Shown: positions 1-10,824 of the stretch, in pieces
How positions within the stretch are numbered: position 1 is the first letter of the stretch
How the letters are laid out: every line of letters begins with the position of its first letter
Assembly: GCA_903954065.1 (NCBI GenBank)
Contig: CAJBME010000343.1
Span: forward strand, 5,876 to 69,875
Length of the DNA: 64,000 nt
Direction: 5' to 3'
Source of the DNA: an uncultured bacterium
GTDB taxonomy: Bacteria > Verrucomicrobiota > Verrucomicrobiia > Verrucomicrobiales > V1-33
Made by a program: the position numbers and the translations under genes
Notes under the pieces: generated by a model
Databases searched by the model: none
What the model was told of the DNA's origin: nothing
The model's input: only the letters and a program-made list of their open reading frames with translations

Positions 1-38
1 AGGACGACGATGACGATTCCCCAGCTCTAGGGACTTGA
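1..38 (+). CDS. Possible 3' end of an upstream gene (acidic tail DDDDDSPALGT*)
   Basis: Open frame from the window edge to TGA at 36-38; too short to identify. Confidence 0.3.
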   Translation, partial: DDDDDSPALGT

Positions 39-83
39 CGATTTTGCTTCCGTATCTCTCGAATTTTGTTCAAACTCCCGCTC

Positions 84-311
84 ATGGCCGATAACAGCAA
101 CCGCTGGCAACGCATTGCCGACAATCCAGAAGGAAAACAGGTCTTCACCGCCCGTCAGACCACCGATGCCTTTCGACGCCCCGCCGGTGAACCCGCACGG
201 AAAGCACGGCGTCGCTCCCAGTCCCCAAGCGCCAAAATCTGGTGGAGAATCGGGATCGCCCTGCTCTCGATCCTCGTCTGCCTCCTCGTCTGGCAGTTAT
301 TCTTTAGCTGA
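84..311 (+). CDS. Small hypothetical membrane protein with a C-terminal TM helix
   Basis: ATG at 84; basic N-region, then hydrophobic WWRIGIALLSILVCLLVWQLFF. Confidence 0.6.
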   Translation: MADNSNRWQRIADNPEGKQVFTARQTTDAFRRPAGEPARKARRRSQSPSAKIWWRIGIALLSILVCLLVWQLFFS

Positions 312-419
312 ATCAGCGTCCGCTCAGCGGACCAGTCGCTCGGTTTTAAAGCCCTCTCGAGACCGCTCCCAAGCGAACCAAAACACGCGCCCAGCACAGG
401 CTCCACGCCCAGCGAGAGA

Positions 420-1088
420 TTATCCCCGCAACGCCCGTACGGCCGCTGCCATGTCCGGCGCGCCAAAAGCCGCCGTGCCCGCCACCAGTACATTCGCCCC
501 GTGATCGCGCGCGATCACAGCCGTTTCTGGATAAATCCCGCCATCCACTTCGATGTGGAAGCTCAGCCCTCGGGCCTCCCGGTATTTTTTGGCGGCTGCT
601 ACACTGGCCATCGTTTCGAGCATAAATTTCTGACCACCAAAGCCCGGCACCACGGTCATGACGAGTAGGAGATCGATCTGATCGAGATACGGCTCGACGA
701 GGGAAAAGTCCGTCTCCGGCCGCAACGAGAGTCCAGCCTTCACCCCCGCCGCGCGAATGCGTCGCAGCGATTCCGCCACATCGTGATCCGCTTCCACATG
801 AACGGTGAGGTTGTCAGCTCCTGCTTTGATAAAACGGTCCAGATAATGGTCCGGCCGCTCGATCATCAAATGCACGTCATAAAAGAAGTCATTCGTACTC
901 GTCAGCGTCTGCACAAACTGCGGGCCAAACGAAATATTATCCACGAAATGGCCGTCCATGACGTCGAGGTGCAGCCAGTCAGCTCCGCCGCGAATGGCCC
1001 GCGCCACTTCTTCCGCGAGGCGGCTCCAGTCGGCAGCAAGGATGCTCGGGGCAATGATGATTTCCTCAGGGTCGTCAAACTTTCTCAT
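420..1088 (-). CDS. rpe: Ribulose-phosphate 3-epimerase
   Basis: APSILAAD, HLDVMDGHFV, DVHLM, MTVVPGFGGQKF and EVDGGI motifs; start trimmed to ATG 1088. Confidence 0.96.
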   Translation of the reverse strand: MRKFDDPEEIIIAPSILAADWSRLAEEVARAIRGGADWLHLDVMDGHFVDNISFGPQFVQTLTSTNDFFYDVHLMIERPDHYLDRFIKAGADNLTVHVEADHDVAESLRRIRAAGVKAGLSLRPETDFSLVEPYLDQIDLLLVMTVVPGFGGQKFMLETMASVAAAKKYREARGLSFHIEVDGGIYPETAVIARDHGANVLVAGTAAFGAPDMAAAVRALRG

Positions 1089-1269
1089 GGCAGTGTACCA
1101 TGCGGCAACCCGCGCCGAGGTCAATACGCGGGCGGCACGGCCCATGCGAAGTGACGAGCGGCGCGGACCAGCCGTTCACCGAGGTCGAACCGGGGGATTT
1201 TCCGGCCAAGCCTGTCATCTTCCGGGAGGTGGTGGTTGCCAAGCCCCGGTGTCGCTGGCATATAGGGAC

Positions 1270-2076
1270 ATGCTGGAAAACCGCCTTGATCAGACCTTTG
1301 CCCGTCTCCGCGAGGAGAAAAAAGCTGCCTTTGTTGCTTACTTGGCCGCGGGAGACCCCACGCTGGACGCCACTCTTGGACTGGTGTTAGCGCTGGCTGG
1401 GGTCGGGGTGGACGTCATTGAACTCGGACTGCCATTCTCGGATCCACTGGCTGACGGCATTGTGAATCAGTTGGCGGCGCAGCGCGCGCTCGAGAGCGGC
1501 ACCACCACGGCCGGGGTCATCGAGCTGATCAGACGCATTCGCGAGCATTCATCGATTCCCCTCGTACTCTTCACCTATCTCAACCCGGTCTACACCTATG
1601 GTTTTGAGAAATTTCATGCGGATGCGGCCGCCGCCGGAGCCGATGGGGTGTTGCTGCTGGATCTGCCTCCGGACGAAGCCGCGGCCAACAGTGAATTGAC
1701 CGGCACCCATGGATTGCGGCAGATCCGTTTGATTGCGCCGACCACGCCCCCCGCACGCATGCGCGACATCGGCTCCCAAGGCGAAGGATTCATTTATTAT
1801 GTCTCACGCGAAGGAGTGACGGGCGAACAATCAGAACTGGCCACCAACATCGCTGAAAATGTGGCCATCATCAAAAGCGGCTCCGGTGTTCCCGTCTGCG
1901 TCGGCTTCGGCATTTCCACGCCCGATCAAGCCGCGGCCGTCGCCCGGTCCGCCGATGGCGTGGTCGTCGGCAGCGCTATCGTCAAAACAATCGCCGCCCA
2001 CGGATCCTCACCCGACCTAGCGTCGCTGGTCGCCGACTTCGTACGCCCGCTCGTCGAGGCCACCAAATCAGTGTAA
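1270..2076 (+). CDS. trpA: Tryptophan synthase alpha chain
   Basis: YLAAGDP, ELGLPFSDPLADG, YYVSREGVTG and VGFGIS motifs; start ATG 1270. Confidence 0.96.
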   Translation: MLENRLDQTFARLREEKKAAFVAYLAAGDPTLDATLGLVLALAGVGVDVIELGLPFSDPLADGIVNQLAAQRALESGTTTAGVIELIRRIREHSSIPLVLFTYLNPVYTYGFEKFHADAAAAGADGVLLLDLPPDEAAANSELTGTHGLRQIRLIAPTTPPARMRDIGSQGEGFIYYVSREGVTGEQSELATNIAENVAIIKSGSGVPVCVGFGISTPDQAAAVARSADGVVVGSAIVKTIAAHGSSPDLASLVADFVRPLVEATKSV

Positions 2077-2205
2077 TCCCCCGGCCGCTTCCGGCCAGCC
2101 GGCGGCCCCGAACGCCGCCCGGAATCACCCGAAAAAACCAGCCGCTCCGCACCCAACCGGACCGCGACGACTCTTTCAATTTCCACACTTTCATTTCACA
2201 TCCCG

Positions 2206-3021
2206 ATGACCCTGAACTTCACAAAAATGAACGGCGCCGGCAATGATTTCGTGCTGGTCGACAACCGCACCCAAGCCGTGGCGCTCACCAGAGAGCAGAT
2301 CGCCCGCCTGTGCGATCGTCACCGCGGCATCGGCGCCGATGGGCTGCTGGCCGTAGAACCGGCGCAACAGGGAGCCGATTTCCGGATGCGCTATTACAAT
2401 GCCGATGGCGGCGAGGCCGAAATGTGCGGCAATGGCGCCCGGTGCTTCGCGCGGTATGTCAATCGTCTCCACGATTTCACCCTGCCATCGGTACGCTTCG
2501 AAACCATGGCCGGCATCATCGGCGCCGAATTTCAAGGCGACCGCGTACAACTCCGCATGAGCGAACCCCACTCGCTCGCACTTCATGAAAAACTCTCCGT
2601 CCAAGGACGAGACTTGACCGTCCACGCGCTGAATACCGGTGTCCCCCACGCCGTCGTTTTCGTCGATGACTTATCCCACGTAGACGTCACCGGCGATGGC
2701 GCCGCCCTACGCTATCACGAATACTTCGCTCCCAAGGGAACAAATGCCAACTTCGTCGGCATCACCGCCCCCGGCCACATCGCCATCCGCACCTACGAAC
2801 GGGGAGTCGAAGATGAAACCCTCGCCTGCGGCACCGGCACGGTGGCCTGCGCTATCATCCATCATCTGCTGCACGACACACCCTCACCCATTCAAGTGCA
2901 GGTCCGCGGCGGGGACACCCTCACCATCGGATTCACCCGTCAACCAGACGGAACATTCGTCGACGTCACCCTGACCGGACCCGGCGACTTCGTCTTCGAT
3001 GGCACCATCGAGGTCGCCTAA
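2206..3021 (+). CDS. dapF: Diaminopimelate epimerase
   Basis: KMNGAGNDF, NADGGEAEMCGNG and ERGVEDETLACGTG motifs. Confidence 0.97.
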   Translation: MTLNFTKMNGAGNDFVLVDNRTQAVALTREQIARLCDRHRGIGADGLLAVEPAQQGADFRMRYYNADGGEAEMCGNGARCFARYVNRLHDFTLPSVRFETMAGIIGAEFQGDRVQLRMSEPHSLALHEKLSVQGRDLTVHALNTGVPHAVVFVDDLSHVDVTGDGAALRYHEYFAPKGTNANFVGITAPGHIAIRTYERGVEDETLACGTGTVACAIIHHLLHDTPSPIQVQVRGGDTLTIGFTRQPDGTFVDVTLTGPGDFVFDGTIEVA

Positions 3022-3297
3022 CCGCCAGATCAGCCAGCCTCAGCGCGGCCGCTCAGCCTGCTCAGGGTGCCAACACCCGTTCGACCGCCGAAGCCACGCG
3101 CCACGCCAGACCTCGCCGCCCCCATTAGCGGCGCTGCCCTGCCGCGGCACGAATCATCCCTTCACACCGAGGTGTGGCGGGCCACGAGACCCAAAGGATA
3201 GAGAGAGGCGACGAACCACGCCTTCCCAGTCCCAACGGGTCGTCCTGTGAAAGCCCCGGACGTCGCTCTAGGCCTAAACCCAAGGAAACGGGTATAC

Positions 3298-3330
3298 AAA
3301 AAAAGGGACATTAGCCTGAGCCAATGTCCG
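3298..3330 (-). terminator. Intrinsic terminator of the atp operon
   Basis: Stem GGACATT/AATGTCC with 10-nt loop, followed on the minus strand by T7, ~55 nt past the atpC stop. Confidence 0.8.
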
Positions 3331-3385
3331 TTGAGAGAATTCCTCATGCCATGCCCGAGGGGCTGCAGGAGCTGGCGACAACCGC

Positions 3386-3799
3386 CTAGATCGTTTTGCG
3401 GCGACGTTTGACCTTCAACTGAGCCAGCGAGTGGAGAATACTCGCTTCAGTGGCGGCGATTTCTTCGGCGGTCAGATTAGCCGTGTCCTTGAGGCGGGCC
3501 TGTGCACGATCCAAAGCAGCCTGCACGGCACCTTCATCGATGGCATCCTCGCCAATGGCTGCATCTGTTAAAATGCGAGCGCTGGAACCAGTGACCTCCA
3601 CGAGCCCCTCACCCACCGCCATGAAGTGGGTTTTGCCACCTTTGACGATGCGCAATTCACCAGCGCTGAGCAGTGTCACGAGCGGGGCATGGTGAGGAAG
3701 AACCCCCATTTCCCCCTCGCAACCAGGAAGCACTACGGTGTCCACCTCGTCAGCATAAATGCTGGCCTCGGGGGTGACGATTTCAAGCTGAAGTGGCAT
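3386..3799 (-). CDS. atpC: F1Fo ATP synthase epsilon subunit
   Basis: LEIVTPE, GEMGVLPHHAPL; position in operon. Confidence 0.96.
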   Translation of the reverse strand: MPLQLEIVTPEASIYADEVDTVVLPGCEGEMGVLPHHAPLVTLLSAGELRIVKGGKTHFMAVGEGLVEVTGSSARILTDAAIGEDAIDEGAVQAALDRAQARLKDTANLTAEEIAATEASILHSLAQLKVKRRRKTI

Positions 3800-3818
3800 G
3801 GCGTAGAGATGCGGATAC

Positions 3819-5351
<1,533 letters not shown>

Positions 5352-5390
5352 TCATCCGGTGGCCCCGGGAAAACCGCGCCACCGTCAAGA

Positions 5391-6284
5391 TTACTCAAGC
5401 GCCATCTTGGCGGTGGTGATTTCGAGGAGTTCGTTGGTGATGGAAGCCTGACGCAATTTGTTGTACTCAAGGCTCAAATCTTTGAGCATTTGCTTCGCAT
5501 TATCCGTGGCATTTTTCATGGCCACCATCCGGCTTGAATGCTCGGAAGCCCGGGCTTCTAGCAGCATTTGGAAAAGCGTGAGATTGACGTATTGCGGAAG
5601 AGTGCGCTCAAAAACCACGGCCGGACCGGGCTCAAAAGCATATTCTACCGTGGGTGCAGCCGTTTCAGCCACTTCCAAAGCGGATCCCATTCCTTCAAAG
5701 GATTTTTTCCCGCCTAGCTTGACTGCATTAACGGGCAGCAACTGCTCGATCGTCGGGACTTGCGTCACGGTATTCACGAAATTATTGAAGGCGACCAAGA
5801 CGTCCTTGTACTCGCCTGTGAGAAAGCGCTCCTGTACATAGCGACCGACCGTGCGCATCTCAATAAACTTGGCCGGATCTTTGATAGTGAAATCAGCAAC
5901 CAAGTTTTTCTTCAAACGAGCCAGTCCCTGCGAAGCCTTTCGGCCGACAGTGACAAAATCATAGTCGCCATCCGGCAGCGACTGGTTGATCTTTTTCAAC
6001 AAGTTGGTGTTCAACGCGCCGCAGAGACCTTTGTCCGTCGCAATAACAACCACGAGGGTCTTGCTGCCTTGGCCAGCCTCGAAAAACGGATGCGATGATT
6101 CCTCAGCGCGGCCTTTCAAACTAACCAAAACCTGATTCAAGAGGTCGGCATAAGGACGGCCGCTGGTGGCCACGTCCTGCGCCTTCTTCATCTTGGCGGC
6201 AGCCACCAGCTGCATCGCCTTGGTGATTTGCGACGTGTTCTTGACCGACTTAATGCGTCGGCGGATGTCACGAGTTGAGGGCAT
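5391..6284 (-). CDS. atpG: F1Fo ATP synthase gamma subunit
   Basis: IKSVKNTSQITKAMQLVAAAK, DKGLCG, RQASITNELLEI. Confidence 0.98.
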   Translation of the reverse strand: MPSTRDIRRRIKSVKNTSQITKAMQLVAAAKMKKAQDVATSGRPYADLLNQVLVSLKGRAEESSHPFFEAGQGSKTLVVVIATDKGLCGALNTNLLKKINQSLPDGDYDFVTVGRKASQGLARLKKNLVADFTIKDPAKFIEMRTVGRYVQERFLTGEYKDVLVAFNNFVNTVTQVPTIEQLLPVNAVKLGGKKSFEGMGSALEVAETAAPTVEYAFEPGPAVVFERTLPQYVNLTLFQMLLEARASEHSSRMVAMKNATDNAKQMLKDLSLEYNKLRQASITNELLEITTAKMALE

Positions 6285-6392
6285 GTCAGACAGGATTCAG
6301 GTTGCGGTCGTGAAAGATGACTTTCAGATGAGCCCGCTCAAAGCGGAAAATTGCCTCATGAACTGAAAATCGACCAATGCTCGCCATGGGGA

Positions 6393-7922
6393 TTATTTCC
6401 AAGTCGTCTTGAAATCGCTGAGGGCGGCCTTCAAGTTTTCTTCAGCGTTGTCGAGTGACTGATCGTTGGCGATAGTGTCGAGAAGCGATTCTTTACGAGT
6501 CGTCAAAAACTCCTCCAGTTGCGCCTGACACTCGCGAATGCGGTCGACCGCTACATCGTCGAAATACCCTTTTTGCATGGCATACAAGGAGGCCACCATG
6601 ATGGGCAGGCTCTTCGGCAAATATTGCTGCTGCTTGAAGAGTTCAACAATCCGCGCGCCGCGATCGAGTTTAGCCTTAGTGGCCGCATCAAGATCGGAGC
6701 CGAATTGAGCGAAGGCCGCCAATTCGCGGAACTGGGCCAAATCCAGCTTGGTCGTGCCAGAAACTTTCTTGATGGCTTTCGTCTGCGCGGCGGATCCGAC
6801 GCGGGAGACAGACAGACCGACTGAGATAGCCGGACGAATCCCCTGGTAGAACAGGTCGGTTTCCAGGAAGATCTGACCGTCGGTGATCGAAATCACGTTT
6901 GTAGGGATGTACGCCGAGACGTCACCCGCCTGTGTTTCAATGATTGGGAGCGCGGTCAGGGAACCGCCACCGTAGTTTTCATTGACCCGCGCGGAACGCT
7001 CGAGCAACCGGCTGTGTAGGTAAAACACATCGCCAGGATACGCTTCACGTCCGGAAGGGCGCTTTAGAATCAGGGAAACCTGACGATAGGCAACCGCTTG
7101 CTTGGAAAGATCGTCAAACACAATCAAGGCGTCTTGACCTTGATCCATGAACCATTCACCAATGGCCGCACCCGCGTACGGAGCCAAGTATTGGTTGACC
7201 GCCGAATCGGAAGCGGAAGCGCTGACAATGACCGTGTATTCCATGGCACCAGCATCCTCGAGCGTCTTGACCACGCGGGCCACGTTCGACTGCTTCTGCC
7301 CGATGGCGACATAAATACAATAAACAGGCTTGTGACCTTTCAGCTTGCCCTGCTCCGCAGCCTTGTTCTGCTTGGCCTGCGAAATAATAGTGTCCACGGC
7401 AATCGTGGTCTTACCCGTCGAACGGTCGCCAATGATCAACTCGCGCTGCCCGCGGCCAATCGGAATCATGGCGTCAATGGCCATGATGCCAGTCTGCACC
7501 GGTACAGACACCGATTTACGGGTAATGATGCCCGGCGCCAGCTTTTCGACAGGATATTGAGCTTCACCCACGACTGGTCCCTTGCCATCGATCGGCTCGC
7601 CAAGGGTGTTGACCACGCGACCGAGAAGGCTTTTGCCGACTGGCACAGACAACAACCGACCGGTAGCTTTGACTTCGCTGCCGGCCTTAATGTGTTCGCC
7701 CGCTCCGAGCAGCACCACGCCGACCTCGGTTTCTTCCAAGTTGAGGGCCAGACCGAAGAGGCCCCCGCCAAAGTCGATCATTTCATTGAGCATGACCTGG
7801 GAGAGGCCTTCCACTTTGGCGGCGCCGTCACCGATTTCACGGACCACGCCGATGTTGGAGGTGGAGACCGACGACTTGAGGCCGGCGATGCTGCTTTCGA
7901 GTTCTTGCAGGATGTTGCTCAT
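6393..7922 (-). CDS. atpA: F1Fo ATP synthase alpha subunit
   Basis: [27 protein letters not shown]. Confidence 0.99.
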   Translation of the reverse strand: MSNILQELESSIAGLKSSVSTSNIGVVREIGDGAAKVEGLSQVMLNEMIDFGGGLFGLALNLEETEVGVVLLGAGEHIKAGSEVKATGRLLSVPVGKSLLGRVVNTLGEPIDGKGPVVGEAQYPVEKLAPGIITRKSVSVPVQTGIMAIDAMIPIGRGQRELIIGDRSTGKTTIAVDTIISQAKQNKAAEQGKLKGHKPVYCIYVAIGQKQSNVARVVKTLEDAGAMEYTVIVSASASDSAVNQYLAPYAGAAIGEWFMDQGQDALIVFDDLSKQAVAYRQVSLILKRPSGREAYPGDVFYLHSRLLERSARVNENYGGGSLTALPIIETQAGDVSAYIPTNVISITDGQIFLETDLFYQGIRPAISVGLSVSRVGSAAQTKAIKKVSGTTKLDLAQFRELAAFAQFGSDLDAATKAKLDRGARIVELFKQQQYLPKSLPIMVASLYAMQKGYFDDVAVDRIRECQAQLEEFLTTRKESLLDTIANDQSLDNAEENLKAALSDFKTTWK

Positions 7923-7970
7923 GACAGGGAAAACGTAAAAAGTAGGGTGTAAGAAGCGTAAAGGTGGCGA

Positions 7971-8369
7971 TTAGACGCCGAAGGCGGTTCGCAGGGATTC
8001 GAGGCGGGTCCGGATGCTGCCATCCCAGATGGTAGAACCAAGTTTGATGCGCAGTCCCCCGACGAGATCAGGATTCAGTTTAAATTCGGATGTCAGATCG
8101 GCACCGAATTTGGAAGTCAGTTCAGAGAGCACACGGGCCCGCGCCGCGTCATCCAGCGGCGTGGCGCTTTCGATGACAGCGTGGCGTTTGTCGAGCTCAA
8201 GGCGCAGCAACCGACGATACGACTCAAGAATTTGCAGAGAATGCCGGGGCTTTTCGGCCACAATGCGGCGGGTCAATTCCGAGGCGCGCGCGGTGTCGAC
8301 ACGCCCACCAGGCATGGACGCCTTGAGCAGCAGCCGGGCGGCGCGAAGGGCTTCCTTTTTGACTTTCAT
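7971..8369 (-). CDS. atpH: F1Fo ATP synthase delta subunit (short form)
   Basis: Operon position; C-terminal NPDLVGGLRIKLGSTIWDGSIR OSCP/delta motif. Confidence 0.88.
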   Translation of the reverse strand: MKVKKEALRAARLLLKASMPGGRVDTARASELTRRIVAEKPRHSLQILESYRRLLRLELDKRHAVIESATPLDDAARARVLSELTSKFGADLTSEFKLNPDLVGGLRIKLGSTIWDGSIRTRLESLRTAFGV

Positions 8370-8401
8370 CAGTGGGTGCGGGTCGGTAGCGGTCCGAAGA
8401 C

Positions 8402-8902
8402 CTAGCGGGAAATTTGGGTGACCGCCTCTTGATTGATGCGGGCATGATCCTCTGGGCTCAGCACCTTACCAGTGACTTTGCCAGTGGTTTCGACCACCAG
8501 TCGGCCGAAGTCACGTTTCAACGTGGCGAAAACTTGGTCGCGCTCGATCACTGTCGCTTCGCGACCTTTGGTGATGATCGATGCCGCTTCGGCAATCGCC
8601 TCTTGGCGCTTCTTCTCGGCGGTGGCGGCCGCCACTTCAGTCGCTTCTTTGATCATGCTGGCGGCTTTGGCGTTGGCCGCATCGACAACCTCGCGGGCTT
8701 GACCTTCCGCATTAGCCAGATTGGCCTTGCTCTGCGCGAAATTAGCTTCTGCATCCTCAATGCGCTGGCGACGCTCCAACAGGAGCTGCATCACCGGCCC
8801 GAACGCAAACTTATTCAGCACCGCGAAAACAACCAAGAGAATCACGCACTGGGCGATGAAGCTCGGTCCTTCGATTTTGAATTTGTCGAGAATGTCGGCC
8901 AT
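8402..8902 (-). CDS. atpF: F1Fo ATP synthase b subunit
   Basis: N-terminal TM (LNKFAFGPV) plus Ala/Glu-rich coiled coil; operon position. Confidence 0.93.
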   Translation of the reverse strand: MADILDKFKIEGPSFIAQCVILLVVFAVLNKFAFGPVMQLLLERRQRIEDAEANFAQSKANLANAEGQAREVVDAANAKAASMIKEATEVAAATAEKKRQEAIAEAASIITKGREATVIERDQVFATLKRDFGRLVVETTGKVTGKVLSPEDHARINQEAVTQISR

Positions 8903-8936
8903 GGTGGCGGTGGTAAAAAGCGGTTAAATGAGGACG

Positions 8937-8988
8937 AAAAGAAAAAGGTGGGGCCGGGAGATAGCCGGAGGGGTCAACCCCCGGCCCC
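8937..8988 (-). terminator. Terminator-like or stabilising hairpin between atpE and atpF
   Basis: Perfect 9-bp stem GGGGCCGGG (8950-8958)/CCCGGCCCC (8980-8988), then ACC-TTTTTCTTTT on the minus strand. Confidence 0.55.
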
Positions 8989-9013
8989 ATGATGAAAAAC
9001 GCCGGATCCGGGA

Positions 9014-9286
9014 TTAACGGCCTTGAGCGAAGGCGAGCACCAAGGCGTAAATGGCGATAGCTTCCGCCAGCGCCATTCCGATGATCGAGATGGTCAGGAT
9101 GTTGCCGAAAGCGCCGGGGTTGCGGCCGACCGCCTGAGCGGCGGCAAATCCGATCAATCCGATGCCGATGCCAGCGCCGGCGCCGGCCACACCCAAGGTG
9201 AACGAGCCGTTCAGGCTGCTCGCCTGAGCGATTTCAACGGAAGGGGCGGCGGCGGCTTGCAGGGTGGTGAGTAGTTCGGTAATCAT
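9014..9286 (-). CDS. atpE: F1Fo ATP synthase c subunit (H+-type)
   Basis: Gly-rich helix GAGAGIGIG, GRNP loop, ALAEA carboxylate. Confidence 0.95.
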   Translation of the reverse strand: MITELLTTLQAAAAPSVEIAQASSLNGSFTLGVAGAGAGIGIGLIGFAAAQAVGRNPGAFGNILTISIIGMALAEAIAIYALVLAFAQGR

Positions 9287-9374
9287 GGAATAGTAGTCGT
9301 TAGTACTTGCTGGTTTTTTTGGTGTGACAATCGCCGCCCGCAGTCAGGCCACGGTCCCGGCGACAAAATTAATA

Positions 9375-10418
9375 CTAATGCGAAACAGGGTGACCATCCG
9401 GGCCGGTTTCATCATGATGCGCCTCGCCATGGTCTTCATGCGTCGTGGAAAGCTGGATATACACCGCACACAACAAGGTGAAAACAGTCGCCTGCAAAAT
9501 ACCGACCAGCAACTCAAGGAAATAAAAGGGTAGAGGCAGCAAAATCTTACCCACAAAATCTAGCCAATTCGGCGCCCCCAAACTCCCCAACAAAGCCCCC
9601 ATGGCATGCAACAGCGTCTCGCCCGCAAAAATATTGCCGAACAATCGAAGCGAAAGAGACACCGGGCGGAAAGCAATCGAAACCAACTCAATCAAGCCCA
9701 CAAAAAAGAAAATCGGCACCAACGCATACTTCATGAATCCCGTCAGACCGCCCTTCGGTCCGAAGGTGTGAAGCACAAATCCCCAAACCCCTAACTCCCG
9801 AATGGTCAGGAACATCCACAAAATCATAAACACAAACGCCAGCGCCAGCGTGAAATTCAAATCCGCTGAGCCGGGACGAAACCATGGCGTCAAATGCGAT
9901 TCATGCGACTCGTCTTCCACTGCCGCCGCGGTTTTGCCATGCGCCGCGTGCTCACCGTGGCCGGTCTGCGCCGCGTGCTCACCGAGATCTGCGTGCTCAG
10001 CGTGGCCGGAATCACCCGTGGCCACATGAGCCGCCACCGCGTGCTCACCGTGGTGCTCCGCGTTCCAACCGATAGTGCCCACTCCGGGCAACAAACCGAA
10101 ATAGTTGTTCACGAGCACAAACACGAAAATCGTCGCCAGCAGCGGGAAAGCGCGAGGCGCGACTTTTTTGCCTACAATGGCTTCTGTCTGGTTAAACAAA
10201 AATTCGACGACCAACTCGACGAAATTCTGACGACCGTCCGGAACCAACTGCGGGCTCTTCATGGCCCCTCGAACAAACCAAATGATGACCGCACACACGA
10301 TGACGGCCATGACAATCGAGTTGGACACTGGTCCGAAAACGGGCTCAGCCGTCAGCGAAACGGCACCTAACAATGGTGACGGCACGGAAAATGCGGCGGC
10401 TGAAGTGATGGAAAGCAT
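9375..10418 (-). CDS. atpB: F1Fo ATP synthase a subunit with His-rich insertion
   Basis: RPVSLSLRLFGNIFAGE, LELLVGILQATVFTLL. Confidence 0.96.
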   Translation of the reverse strand: MLSITSAAAFSVPSPLLGAVSLTAEPVFGPVSNSIVMAVIVCAVIIWFVRGAMKSPQLVPDGRQNFVELVVEFLFNQTEAIVGKKVAPRAFPLLATIFVFVLVNNYFGLLPGVGTIGWNAEHHGEHAVAAHVATGDSGHAEHADLGEHAAQTGHGEHAAHGKTAAAVEDESHESHLTPWFRPGSADLNFTLALAFVFMILWMFLTIRELGVWGFVLHTFGPKGGLTGFMKYALVPIFFFVGLIELVSIAFRPVSLSLRLFGNIFAGETLLHAMGALLGSLGAPNWLDFVGKILLPLPFYFLELLVGILQATVFTLLCAVYIQLSTTHEDHGEAHHDETGPDGHPVSH

Positions 10419-10535
10419 TGCAGCAAAAAAAGAGGAGTCGAAACCCGGCCGAAAGTAGAACTTTCAGCATGCACCGACAGGCCGTCGGCGGGAAGACAAT
10501 TGTTAGCGAACAGCGAATTTCCCTGCAAGGGGAAT

Positions 10536-10553
10536 TTGTGAAAAATTTCACAA
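10536..10553. promoter_or_regulatory. Palindromic operator TTGTGAA-AAAT-TTCACAA (Rex-type; also fits CRP-family TGTGA-N6-TCACA)
   Basis: Exact 7-4-7 palindrome ~120 nt upstream of atpB in an AT-rich divergent intergenic region. Confidence 0.7.
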
Positions 10554-10691
10554 GCGCAGCCCCTCCCTACCTCAAATCATAAATAACAACTTGATCATTA
10601 ATGTATTGTGCATTTTACCACCCGTTTTACGCCCCACATCCGCGTCCCCACCACAGTGTGGTTTTTCTACCTGCCGCCAAAGCGTATGGCT

Positions 10692-10818
10692 GATTACGCC
10701 GCCCCAGAGCCGGCCGTCCTAGGCCGCCCAACGCCACCGCCCGCCCGTCCAGTCCACAACCAGTTAAAACAACGATCAGCGAACGGGCAGTTGCCGGAGA
10801 TGGCTGGGCGGCGTAATC
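10692..10818. repeat. Long imperfect inverted repeat upstream of the CbiX-like gene
   Basis: GATTACGCCGCCC (10692-10704) pairs with GGGCGGCGTAATC (10806-10818); inner GCCCGT/ACGGGC. Confidence 0.55.
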
Positions 10819-10824
10819 GATCGC

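Noticed and set aside
9014-9286. Possible Na+-translocating ATP synthase
   Set aside because: The c subunit reads ALAEAIAIY and lacks the Gln and Glu-Ser/Thr sodium-binding signature, so it is H+-type
9945-10060. CRISPR-like short repeats (CGCGTGCTCACCG)
   Set aside because: They are in-frame coding repeats within atpB, with irregular short spacing and no cas genes
10420-10820. atpI gene or cobalamin riboswitch in the atpB-cbiX intergenic region
   Set aside because: No hydrophobic AtpI-like ORF; no GGGAA / GCCCCCGCxACUGU-type B12 riboswitch core
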